From: Prorocentrum cordatum
Taxonomy: Eukaryota
DNA: 55,005 nt
Assembly (NCBI GenBank): GCA_963575745.1
Contig: CAUYUJ010000191.1
Location: 62,001-117,005 of the forward strand
Direction: 5' to 3'
Shown one piece after another: positions 1 to 13,700 of the stretch (position 1 is the first letter of the stretch; the number at the start of each line of letters is the position of its first letter). Under the pieces are notes generated by a model. It saw nothing but the letters and a program-made list of their open reading frames with translations. It searched no databases and was not told the origin of the DNA. A program made the translations under genes and the position numbers.

Positions 1-144
1 GTAGTAGTAGTAGTAGTAGTAGCAGCAGTAGTAGTAGTAGTCGTAGTAGTAGTCGTAGTAGTAGTCGTAGTAGTCGTAGTAGTCGTTGTCGTAGTTGTAG
101 CCGTAGTATTAGTAGTCGCCGTAGTAGTGGTAGTCGTAGTAGTC

Positions 145-191
<47 letters not shown>

Positions 192-340
192 TGTTGTCGT
201 AGTAGTCGTAGTAGTAGCAGCGCAGCAGCAGCAGTAGTATAGTAGTATATTAGTAGTAGTAGTAGTATTAGTAGTAGTATTATTATTATTAGTAGTAGTA
301 GTAGTAGTAGGAGTAGGAAGTAGGAGTAGAGTAGGAGTAG

Positions 341-378
<38 letters not shown>

Positions 379-540
379 AGTAGTAGTAGTAGTAAGTAGT
401 AGTAGTAGTAGTCGTAGTAGTAGTAGTAGTAGTCGTAGTAGTAGTAGTGTAGTAGTCGGAGTAGTCGTAGTAAAGTAGGGGTAGTAGGAGTAGTAGTAGG
501 AGTAAGTAGTAGAAGTATAGTAGTAGTAGTAGTCGTCGTC

Positions 541-587
<47 letters not shown>

Positions 588-597
588 CGTAGTAATT

Positions 598-668
<71 letters not shown>

Positions 669-720
669 TGTAGTAGTAGCAGTAGTAGTATTAGTAGTAG
701 TAGTCGTCGTAGTAATCGTT
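1..720. repeat. Degenerate (GTA)n/(GTC)n microsatellite
   Basis: Near-continuous gtagtagta with interspersed gtc/gca/gga variants; runs off the window start. Confidence 0.97.
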
Positions 721-724
721 GTAG

Positions 725-3518
725 TTTTCCCAACCCTCCTGCGTTGGGTTCTCGTTTTGAATAGAGCACTGCTCGCGCGAACCTTCCTTCCCGTCCCTCT
801 CTCCCCCCCTGCCTTTCACATGGCTCGTCGCTGCGTTTCGAGGGCTGCTGGGGGCTGCGATCTGTGAAACTGTCGCCACTTTCGAGGGCTGCTGGGGGGG
901 CTGCGATCTGTGAAACTGTCGCCACTTTCGAGGGCTGCTGGGGGGCCCAGCACAGTGGGTACCCACGGCGGATTCAAATGGGACCTCGCCATCCGGGGGC
1001 TGCGATCTGTGAAACTGTCGCCACTTTCGAGGCCTGCTGGGGGGCCCAGCACAGTGGGTACCCACGGCGGATTCAAATGGGACCTCGCCATCCGTGGGGG
1101 GCTGCGATCTGTGAAACTGTCGCCACTTTCGAGGCTGCTGGGGGGCCCAGCAAAGTGGGTACCCACGGCGGATTCAAATGGGACCTCGCCATCCCTGGGG
1201 GGCTGCGATCTGTGAAACTGTCGCCACTTTCGAGGCCTGCTGGGGGGGGGGGGGCAGCACAGTGGGTACCCACAGCGGATTCACATGGGACCTCGCCATC
1301 CCTGGGGGGCTGCGATCTGTGAAACTGTCGCCACTTTCGAGGGCTGCTGGGGGGCCCAGCACAGTGGGTACCCACGGCGGATTCAAATGGGACCTCGCCA
1401 TCACTGGGGGGGCTGCGATCTGTGAAGCTGTCGCAGCTTTCGAGGGCTGCTGAGGGGGCCCAGCACAGTGGGTACCCACGGCGGATTCAAACGTGACCTC
1501 GCCATCCGTGGGGGGTTGCGATCGGTGAAACTGTCGCCACTTTCGAGGCCTGCTGGGGGGCCCAGCACAGAGGGTACCCACGGCGGGTTCAAATGTGACC
1601 TCGCCATCCCTGGGGGGCTGCGATCTGTGAATCTGTCGCCACTTTCGAGGCCTGCTGGGGGGGGGCAGCGCAGTGGGTACCCACGGCGGATTCAAGTTAG
1701 TCATCGCCATCCCTGGGGAGCTGCGATCTGTGAAAGTGCCGCCACTTTCTTACCTCGCTCGCCGCTGCGTTTCGAGGGCTGCTGGGGGCTGCGATCTGTG
1801 AAACTGTCGCCACTTTCGAGGGCTGCTGGGGGGGGGCCCAGCACAAGGGGCACCCACCGCAAATTCAAATGGGACCTCGCCATCCCTGGGTGGCTGCGAT
1901 CTGTGAAACTGTCGCCACTTTCGAGGCCTGCTGGGGGGCCCAGCGCAGTGGGTACCCACGGCGGATTCAAGTTAGACCTCGCCATCCTTGGGGGGCTGCG
2001 ATCTGTGAAACTGTCGCCACTTTCGAGGGCTGCTGAGGGGCCCAGCGCAGTGGGTACTCACCGCAGGCTCAAATGTGACCTCGCCATCCCTGGGCGGCTG
2101 CGATCTGTGAAACTGTCGCCCCTTTCGAGGGCTGCTGGGGGGGGCCCAGCACAGTGTGTACTCACCGCAGACTCACTAGACCTCGCCATCCTTGGGGGGC
2201 TGCGATCTGTGAAACTGTCGCCACTTTCGAGGGCTGCTGAAGGGGCCCAGCACAGTGTGTGCCCACCGCAAACTCAGATTAGACCTCGCCATCCGTGGGG
2301 GGCTTCGATCGGTGAAAATGTCGCCACTTTCGAGGGTTGCTGAGGGGCACAGCACGGTGGGCTTCCCGCACGTCTTTCTCCTGCTCTTCGTTCCCGACTC
2401 CCCATGTCCTCTTCGCCATCCTTGGGGGGCTGCGATCTGTGAAATTGTCGCCCCTTTCGAGGCCTGCTGGGGGGCCCAGCACAGTGGGTACCCACGGCTG
2501 ATTCAAATGGCAGTGGGTACCCACGGCGGATTCAAATGGGACCTCGCCATCCTTGGGGGGCTGCGATCTGTGAATCTGTCGCCACTTTCGAGGCCTGATG
2601 GGGGGCCCAGCGCAGTGGGTACCAACGGCGGGTTCAAGTTAGACCTCGCCATCCCTGGGGGGCTGCGATCTGTGAAAGTGCCGCCACTTTCTTACCTCGC
2701 TCGTCGCTGCGTTTCGGGGGCTGCTGGGGGCTGCGATCTGTGAAATGGTTGCCACTTTCGAGGGCTGCTGAGGGGCCCAGCACAGTGGGCACTCACCGCA
2801 GACTCAAATGGGACCTCGCCATCCCTGGGGGGCTGCGATCCGTGAAACTGTCGCCACTTTCGAGGGCTGCTGGGGGGCCCAGCACAGTGGGTACCCACGG
2901 CGGATTCAAGTTAGACCTCGCCATCACTGGTGGGCTGCGATCTGTGAAACTGTCGCCACTTTCGAGGGCTGCTGAGGGGCCCAGCGCAGTGGGTACTCAC
3001 CGCAGGCTCAAATGTGACCTCGCCATCCTTGGGGGGCTGCGATCTGTGAAACTGTCGCCCCTTTCGAGGGCTGCTGGGGGGCCCAGCACAGTGGGTACTC
3101 ACCGCAGACTTACTAGACCTCGCCATCCTTGGGGGGGTGCGATCTGTGAATCTGTCGCCACTTTCGAGGGCTGCTGAGGGGCCCAGCACAGTGGGTACCC
3201 ACCGCAAACTCAGATTAGACCTCGCCATCCGTGGGGGGCTTCGATCGGTGAAAATGTCGCCACTTTCGAGGGCTGCTGCAGTGGGCTTCCCGCACGTCTT
3301 TCTCCTGCTCGTCGTTCCCGACTCCCCATGTCCTCTTCGAGCCTGTAGTTGTCGCCCCTCGTTCTCATATGGTTCCCCTGCGCATCATGCCATTGGCGCG
3401 TGTCCCAAGTAGATTACACATCAAACAACGGATCCTGCACTTTGATTGCCCGTGCAAGTTTCGGCCAACTCTTCGTTTCCCATGATACAAATGGGTTGGG
3501 TACGTCACAGGGTAATTT
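725..3518 (+). mobile_element. Non-autonomous Helentron/DINE-1-like element copy 1, carrying a ~100-bp satellite array
   Basis: Starts TTTT-CCCAACCC (729-736) with a nearby inverted partner GTTGGG (743-748), then ttctcgttttgaatagagcactg and a CT-rich tract, then the tandem array. Ends GGGTTGGG (3493-3500)-tacgtcacagggtaattt. Both termini recur almost identically at 50983 and 52690. Flanked on both sides by (GTA)n. The family assignment is inferred from architecture. Confidence 0.6.
838..3279. repeat. ~100-102-bp tandem satellite (core GGGGCTGCGATCTGTGAAACTGTCGCCACTTTCGAGGGCTGCTG), >20 diverged units
   Basis: Core recurs at 901, 1000, 1102, 1203, ...; units end ...cccagcacagtgggtacccacggcggattcaaatgggacctcgccatcc. 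Confidence 0.95.
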
Positions 3519-3526
3519 CAGCAGCA

Positions 3527-6120
<2,594 letters not shown>

Positions 6121-6468
6121 AATAATACGTAGTTTCAGTAACAAGAGGAGCATGGCCACCGTCACAAGTCAGAGTCACATTAGACGTCGGCAGTTGTTCG
6201 GTCAGTTGTGCGTCTATGTGATCTTTTTCACTTGTGCGTTGTACCCTCCTGCTCTCGGCCGGGCTGCTCGGCCCGCGAGATCACATGGTTTCACCCGCCG
6301 GCCTCGAGCCCCGCGCCCGTGGCCAGGGGTTATGGCGCCAAAATCGCAGAGCGCATGTCGCGTGGAAAACAGTACGATGGGCCGGGAGTGTCCTGGGGAA
6401 TTTCGTTCCGGATTTCGAAGTGATTTTCGTGTTTTTTTTGGGGGGGGGGGGGGCAGGGATGAAGACTT

Positions 6469-8020
6469 AAATTCGCCTGGCGAAGGATCCAATCATATGC
6501 AGTTGTGAACACCGTCGTTGTTAGTATCGCCTTCGGTGGATCTCCTTCTGGGGCCACGAAGCGCGTGAAGAGTGTGCCTAAATGGCTCGAGGCCGCCATG
6601 CGGGCGCCTCTGCTGGGGCCTGATGTAGAGTCCCTTTATGGGGCCACACAACGTGTGAGAGATGTGCCGAAATGGGGCGGGGACGCCATGCGGGCGCTGC
6701 CGCTGGGGCCTTCGGTGGAGCTCCCCACGGGGCCACGAAGCGTGCGAGGGGCGAGCGGCGATGATGGCCAGGAGCGAATACAAAATTAGCCTGGCGAAAA
6801 ACCCAGCCATACGCAGTTGTGATTGCCGCAATTGTGAATACCATCTTCGCCCGCGCTCCCTATGTGGCCACGGCTTCCCGCCGGAGCCCGACATGCTCAG
6901 GGACGCGTTCGCGGCCGTCTTCGCGGGCGCCGACGACGACGAGGACGGCGCCCCTATGGTGCCACCAAGCGTGTGAGGGGTGTGCCGGAATTTTCCGGAA
7001 ACCGCAATGCGAGCTCCACCACTGGGACCTTAAGTGGAGCTCCCTATGGGGCCATGATCCTCTTGAGGCGTGTGCCGAAATGGCCCGAGGCCGCCATGCG
7101 AGTTCCGCCACCGGGACCTTAGGTGGAACGTCCGATGGGGCCACGAAGCGCGTGAGCAGTGTGCCGAAATGGCCCGAGGCCGCCATGCGAGTTCCGCCAC
7201 TGGACCCTGAGGTGGAGCTCCCTATGGGGCCACGAAGCGTGTGAGCGGTGTGCCGAAATGGGTGCGGGGACCGCATGCGAGTTCCGCCACTGGGACCGTA
7301 GTTGGAGCTCCCAATGGGGCCACGAAGCGTGTGAGGGTGTGTCAAATTGGTGCAGGGACCGCATGCGAGTTCCGCCACTGGGACCGTAGGTGGAGCTCCC
7401 GATGGGGCCAGGAATCGTGTGAGTAGTGTGCCAAAGTGGGTGCGGGGACCGCATGCGAGTTCGGCCATTGGGACCTTAGGTGGAATTCCCCATGGGGCCA
7501 CGAAGCGTGTGAGGGTGTGCCAAACTGGGCGCGGGGACCGCATGCGAGTTCCGCCACAGGGACCGTAGTTGGAGCTCCTTATAGGGGCCACGAAACGTAA
7601 CGTGTGAGGGGTGTGCCAAAATGGGTGCGGGGACCGCATGCGAGTTCCGCCACTGGGGCCTTAGGTGGAGCCCCCGATGGGGCCACGAATCGTGTGTGGG
7701 GGATGCCAACATGGGTGCGGGGACCACATGCGAGTTCCGCCACTGGGACCTTGGGTGGAACTCCCGATGGGGCCACGAAACGTGTGAGGAGTGTGTCAAA
7801 ATAGGTGCGGGGACTGCATGCGAGTTCCGTCAGTGGGGCCGTAGTTGGAGCTCTCAATGGGGCCACGAAGCGTGTGAGGCGTGTGCCGACAGAGAGACAT
7901 GCGGAGGGCAGAGGCAAGGAGGAGGAGGAGGGGAGGCAGCGGGAGGAAAAGGAAGGAAGGAGGACGCGGGCGCTGGCTCATCAAAACGAGGATCCAACAC
8001 CACAGGATGGTTGGGAACAA
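6469..8020 (-). mobile_element. Non-autonomous Helentron/DINE-1-like element copy 2 (different subfamily), carrying an ~89-bp satellite
   Basis: Minus strand begins ttgttCCCAACCatcctgtggtGTTGGatcctcgttttga (8020-7980), homologous to the copy-1 start, followed by a CT-rich tract and the tandem array. Minus-strand end is tgattggatccTTCGCCaGGCGAAttt (perfect hairpin at 6472-6484). A second end-like motif lies at 6782-6810. Confidence 0.55.
6540..7890. repeat. ~89-bp tandem satellite (GGGCCACGAAGCGTGTGA...CCGCATGCGAGTTCCGCCACTGGGACC...GGAGCTCC)
   Basis: gggccacgaagcgtgtga recurs at ~6551, 6641, 6730, 7138, 7227, 7316, 7405, 7494, 7584, 7679, 7769 and 7860. Confidence 0.93.
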
Positions 8021-8303
8021 AGCCAAGTGAAAACCACTTCGCTTTTCGTTCGCCATTTCGGGGTTTGCATTGACAGAACTCAACAGAAAAATCCGCCGGA
8101 AAACGCCTGCAAGGTCGGTGCAGTGACAGGGGGCGGCGCCCGGCTTGCTGCGACTTCGAAGCGTGGCTCTGATGCCTGGGATTTCTCTTGGGGGGCGGGC
8201 GAATGCACGGGGTGGCACGGCGGTCTTCCCTGGGGCCATTCCCGTCCTCAGCGCCCTCGTGCTTTCTTGGCCCGACTCCTCCCCGCCCGCGGGGGCCGCC
8301 CAG

Positions 8304-8347
8304 GCGGCGTTTGCCGCAGTCCCCAGTGCAGTTTCGCGCACGACAAG
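8304..8347 (+). CDS. Host CCCH zinc-finger protein, internal exon (..GVCRSPQCSFAHDK)
   Basis: Preceded by the acceptor ccAG|G and followed by AAG|GA (non-canonical GA donor). Encodes the C-x4-C-x3-H end of a finger and joins in frame to the exon at 15642. Confidence 0.7.
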
Positions 8348-9443
8348 GAGCCCCTGCGAGCATTGCTGAGGAGGAGGGGGGATGAGAGAAAAGGAGGAGA
8401 AGGAGGAGGAGCAGGAGGAGGTGGAGGCAGACGTGGTGGAGGAGGAGGGCGAGGAGGACAAATGATGAGGAGCAGGAGGATGGAGAGCAGCAAGGACTAG
8501 AGTATGGCCAAGGCGGACCAACGATGCTGTAATACGACCTCCCGTCCCAAGTCCCCTGCCCTACAGTTATGAATTTTCACTGCGGGAAACGCCTCCCTTG
8601 GAAGACGAGCGCCACACGGGCACACAACTCCGGCGGGCTCTCCGTTTTGAAAGAACTAGTTTTCCATGTTTCGACATGTAAGGTTTGCGAGGAAGAGGTT
8701 GGGTCATGCAGCTCAGGGGATTACCAAGCGACAGCCTTGCTTCGAACAGGTGCCGCCCACCAACCGTTGCGCGATTTTTTGGTACGTCGTCATACTTACG
8801 CAGGCCGAGCGATTTTTCTCTTGAGGCCCAGATGCCGAATTCGAGCCGTCGGGTTGGCGGGGTCGCTGCGGCCTTCGATAATTCATGTGTTATGGGAAAG
8901 GCTGCGGGAGTGGGTCGAGCCCGCTGCGGCGGTCGAGCTACCAGCTGTTATGGGAGGGGTTGCGGAGGTGGGCGGTCCATCTTTGTGATGCTCGACCTGA
9001 CGACCATGACGCTATGTGTGTCTTCCTGCTCCCTGTTTCTTCGGTCTCAATATGGTGTTCCCCCTCCTCTTCCGCGACCTACTCCTCTCTGCCTCCTCCC
9101 CTTCTTTGGCATGCGCGATGCTGCGAACCCGCCCTGCTGCAGGGGATGTGTGGCAAATGGCCGCGAAGGTCCCCTGCTCCTTCGCCTCCTCGTCCCGCCC
9201 TGCCCCTCCTCCCCCGTTCCTTACCCTTCCCTCGCCGTCCTCGCCGCCCTCGCCATCCTCGTCGTGAGGGGGCACGAGCGCGGACGGACCGGCACGTCGT
9301 TTTGCTGGCCCACGGGCCAGCACGCCGGTCTCGACGGGCAAGCTGCAGCCGAGGGTGGGAGGTCAGAGAGCCCCACGTCCGCCGCCCTCGCCCGCCCCCG
9401 TCCCCCCTCGGCGATTCCTCCTCCTCCTCCTCCTCCTCCTCCT

Positions 9444-9542
9444 GTAGCAGCGTTGTGAAACAGAGCCCGTGGAGTGTAACAGAGCGTGCAATGCTAATAT
9501 TTTCCGCCTGGCCGCACTTCGGCTCAAGCGGTTTTTCTCGAG
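9444..9542 (+). repeat. Split direct repeat A1
   Basis: gtagcagcgttgtgaaacagagcccg...gtttttctcgag, repeated at 15211-15309. Confidence 0.95.
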
Positions 9543-10722
9543 GCGGCGTGTGGGAGATTTCGGCCTGGCCACCTTCTCCAAAGCCTCCACACTCGAGGCC
9601 ACCAGCAGTGGATTGCAGGTCCCTCCTTGTGCCCTGGCGCTGTCGACCTGCGCCAGCGCCGGCCTCTCCGAGTCTGGCTGCTGGGGGCGCCGGTGCCGCT
9701 GCGCGTGGCGGTCGTCGCCGGGGGCCTGGGCATCCTGCTCGGCGACCTCGCGGTGCTGCTGGTGCGGGCGTTCGACTGCGCGTGACTGGTGTCGGTGCGG
9801 ATCTGCTCGTGAGACAAGCGGGGAGGCAGAGGAAACGTGGCCTGAGAGGCTGATCCTCGCCTCCCTGGGCGGGGTGAAGTATCTGGTGTTGTCCCCCAAC
9901 GAGGGCATGAGTGAGGAAGAGATCGACATGCGCAGCGTGTTGGACTTCGGACAGGCGGGCACGCGGGGCGGCCTGCCGACCGGCCTTAGGGCAGCGAAGG
10001 GCCAGCCGGACTACCGCTTCAAGGAGCGGCCGCGCGGCGCGGCGCTGCAGTCGTGGATCATGGTCAGGCTGGCGCCGGGCGAGACCGCGGACGAGGCCGT
10101 GCGGGCCTTCGTGGCGACCGTGGCGCTGGATGCTGTCAGGGGGATGCCGACGCCGCCGCCCGCGGAGGACGCCCGCACGCTCGAGATCAAGCGGGGCGCG
10201 GCCTGCCGCTGCTTCGGGGACCTGAAGAGTGTGGTGGACTCATCGAGGCTGTGCGAGTTCGAGGACCGGGTGCTGTCTGGGCCCCGGACCACTTTGTACG
10301 TGGAGAAGGAGATTGCCAAGCAGAGCGGGGGCCCGGTCCATCGCCACGCTGCTTGGAAGCACGAGAACAAGCTCGACGATGGTGAGCAGGGCGTGGTGGC
10401 CCACGAGATGCTGTCACAGAGTTTGGAGCTGGCTTGCACGTGCGGCCAGGTCGACGCTACCAACCTGGCGAGCTGGGAGGAGCTCGCGAGGCATTTGCAG
10501 GTCTTGGGGCACAAGACCAAGAAGAAGAAGGATACGATCAAGGAGTTCGATGGTCAGGACTACTGCTTGGGCCGCGCCAGGAGGACGAGGGGGGCCATCA
10601 TCGGTCTGGAGCTGCTGAAGTGGGTCGCGGAGTCCGCGGCCCGGGACTCGGCCAATCTGAAGGAGGAGCGCAAGGCTGCGGAGGAGCGTGCGTTGGCGCG
10701 CGCTCCTCCGAAGAAGTTATGA
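9469..10722 (+). CDS. Gag-like ORF1 of the YR retrotransposon (true start uncertain)
   Basis: Open frame between A1 and pol, with a charged helical C-terminus (NLKEERKAAEERALAR). Assigned by position; the N-terminal part overlaps A1 and may be non-coding. Confidence 0.6.
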   Translation: MECNRACNANIFRLAALRLKRFFSRRRVGDFGLATFSKASTLEATSSGLQVPPCALALSTCASAGLSESGCWGRRCRCAWRSSPGAWASCSATSRCCWCGRSTARDWCRCGSARETSGEAEETWPERLILASLGGVKYLVLSPNEGMSEEEIDMRSVLDFGQAGTRGGLPTGLRAAKGQPDYRFKERPRGAALQSWIMVRLAPGETADEAVRAFVATVALDAVRGMPTPPPAEDARTLEIKRGAACRCFGDLKSVVDSSRLCEFEDRVLSGPRTTLYVEKEIAKQSGGPVHRHAAWKHENKLDDGEQGVVAHEMLSQSLELACTCGQVDATNLASWEELARHLQVLGHKTKKKKDTIKEFDGQDYCLGRARRTRGAIIGLELLKWVAESAARDSANLKEERKAAEERALARAPPKKL

Positions 10723-10781
10723 TGGGCTTCGAGGTTGGGAGTTGGCCGAACCCAGCCAGTGCCAACAGGCCGCTGTAGCGC

Positions 10782-13700
10782 ATGGTGCCGAGGGATTTGT
10801 TGCCCTTGCCCTCGGTGCCCGTGCCGCCGGCTCGGGGCGTGCGGTCGCTGCCGCGCCGCGCCGCCCAGAGGATCGGCCGCAGGTCTGCTGTGGGCCGCCG
10901 CGTGAACGACTGCATCGCCGCCCTGAACAATCTGTACGGGGAGGGCGACTTTTGCTCGAAGGCCCGTCCTTCGGAGGCACAATTTTCTGCTGTGGACATG
11001 CTCTGGCAGGCTGTGTCGGACGACAAGCCGCCGGACAACGCCCCCAGCCCCGAGGCAGCCCTCGTGGAGTTGCTCGGCACGGGTAGTCTGGGCTACGGCT
11101 CTGACGGCCCCACTGTGGTTGCGCCGTATGATCGCGGCCTGGTTTCGTGGCCTGAGTCGGCGGGCTGTGTCAGCTTGCTGGAGGTGCTGCCGGAGCCAGA
11201 CCGCCAGGAGGTGATCGACGGTAAGAATTCGATGATGCTTCGCGCTGAAGAGGTTCGCCCAGGCGCCACCAAGGTGTACTGGGATAAGACCTTGCAATCC
11301 AACGCAGACGAGTACCTGCGGTTTGTGCAGGACCTGCTGGACCGCGGCATGGTGGAGCTGCGGACTCGTCGCGAATTTGAAGTGGGAGTGTTTTTCGTGA
11401 GGAAGAAGTCGGGCCGCCTGAGGCTCATAGTGGACGCTCGAGCTGTCAACCAGGCGCTGAAGCGGCCGCCGACGATCCACATGGCGTCCACCGCGGCGCT
11501 GGTGAACATGGAGGTCGAGGGCGGCGCCCAGCTGGAGTTCTCGATCCAGGACATCGCAGACTGCTTCTACCAGTTTCGCGTGCCGGACTACATGGTGCCG
11601 TGGTTTGGCATGCGCCCTTCCAGCGCAAGGCAGCTGGGCGTGAAGGTGGTCGACGGCCTCGCAGTCTCAGAGGGGGCGTGGGTCTACCCATGCCTGCGGG
11701 TGCTGCCCATGGGCTTCGCGTGGGCCATGCGCTGGACGCAGCAGGCGCACCGCGAGCTGCTGCGGCGAGGGGGCCTCGGTGGCATCGAGAGCGAGCTGGT
11801 GGACAGGCAGATCGCTCCAAGCGTGGACTCGCCTCAGGTGCCGAGGGTCGTCTACGTGGACAACGAGAACTTCGTCTCGTCGCGACCGGGTGCCACCCGG
11901 TGTGCGAGAAGGCAGGCGGCCATGGTGATGGCCGAGGCTGGGCTGCCGCTGCACGAGGTCGAGGAGAGCAAGACGGTCGTGGAGGCGCTGGGCCTGGAGC
12001 TGGACGGTATCAAGCTGCGGGCCCGGCTGGCACGGGCCAAGCGCTGGAGGCTCGGCCTGGGCACCCAGGCCCTTCTGCGGCGCCGGCGCGTGGCGGGCAG
12101 GGAGGTCGAGCAGATGATCGGCCATTTCACGCATGCCATGCTGCTGAATCGCCCCGCGTTGTGCGTCTTCCGCTCGGCCTACGACTTTGCCCGCAAGCAC
12201 TGCAGGGCGCCTGTGCCGCTCTGGCCGTCGGTGCGGCAAGAACTGGCTAACGCGCTGCACCTCATGCCGTTGCTGGCCGTCCAGTTCGATCTGCCGTGGT
12301 CCGGGCGCGTCACCTGCTCCGATGCCACGCTGCGCGGCTACGCGGCGCAGGAGGCTGACATGGAACCGTCGGCCGTGCGGGAGGTCGGGCGCTGGAGTGA
12401 GCGCTGGCGCTTTCGCATCCAGTCGACCTTGCGCCCGCGCGAGGCAGCGCTGCTCGAGCGCGAGGGTGAGAGTCAGCACGGGCGACCTCTACCTCCTCCT
12501 CCGCCGGGGCTCCCGAGTGTCGACCCCATGGGCCCCCGAGGTTTACATCGTGTACACCCAGCCATGCCTCTACGGGTTCTTGAAGGCCTTAGTGGAGCCC
12601 CTCGTCGTCAAGCGCTTCGGGATCTACCTCTGGCTGGTGCTCTTGGGGCCGCTGGGGCCGCTGCGGAAGGCTGCTGGGGCGAGGAGTCAGGTTATCCTGC
12701 GGGTTTCTTAGGAGACCTCATTGACGGGGACGTGGACATCAGCATCAATCAGGAGTTCCCAGAGATCCCCGAGGGGTTCATCAGCGAGGGCTCGTGGAGG
12801 ACCATCCAGGCAAGGAGATATCATAGGAGAGAGGCCATCCATCTTAAGGAGCTCAGGGCCGTGCTGTTCGGGTGGAGGCGTAAGTGTCGTCAAGCTAGAT
12901 ATCATCGTCATCGCCATTTGTTTCTGTGCGACAACATGGGTATGGTCCTGGGCCTCGAGAGGGGCCGAGCGGTGTCACCTCCGGTGCTGTTTCAACTCAG
13001 AAAGTGGGCCGCTTTGTCACTGGCCTCCTTCTCTCGTGCCAGCGTGCGCTGGGTGGCCAGCGAGCTCAACCCAGCTGATGAGCCTAGCCGATGGTTCGAC
13101 TCGCCCGCTGAGAAGGCGGCTGCGGCGGCGCTGGATGCCTGGCGACGGCGGCCCGCTGGAGAGGCAGCCGAGGCCTGCTCGAGCGCTTCCCGAGAGGGAT
13201 GGCGCGCGCGGGCCTGGCGGCCCCCTGCGCGAGAGGGTACTGCGGAGGAGCGGCGCCTTGCCAGAGAGCCAAGGGCTCCCGCTCCGCCGCCGGCTTGCCC
13301 CAGCCCCTGTGGTCAGAGCGGCGGCGGGCCCGGCATCCTCGACCGAGCGACGGCTGCCTTCATCGACGAGGTCTCGCCGATCCCGCGCGCCCCGCCGCGA
13401 CCGCCCTCCCCCGCCGGCGTTCGCGCGAGCGATCGCGGCGGCGAGGGTGCATGCGGTCGGGACTGGTGGGCTCGCGACGCTGGAGCAGGAGGGCATCACC
13501 CAAGCGACGAGGCAGGACTACGAGAGAAGGCTGGATCGGTTCGACGTCTTCTGCAGGACCCACGGGCTCACCACGGCGAGCGACGTCGAGTTGAAGAAGG
13601 CCGTGGGGGAGTGCATGGAGCTGCCTTTCAACCAGGGAGAGCCGTCGAGCAGCGGGGCCAAGCTGCGGGCCGCGATAAGGCATCGCGGCCCAGGGCTGCA

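Noticed and set aside
838..3279. CRISPR-like array (constant core with variable intervening sequence)
   Set aside because: The intervening segments are homologous to each other rather than unique spacers, there are no cas genes, and the context is eukaryotic. It is a satellite.
691..3412. Repetitive ORFs over the satellites (also 6493-8073 and 51014-52129)
   Set aside because: They are open only because the repeat units lack stops; frames shift with homopolymer length changes.
8792..8804. atacttac resembling the U1 snRNA 5' end
   Set aside because: The match stops after 8 nt (no CTGG) and no further U1 structure is visible.
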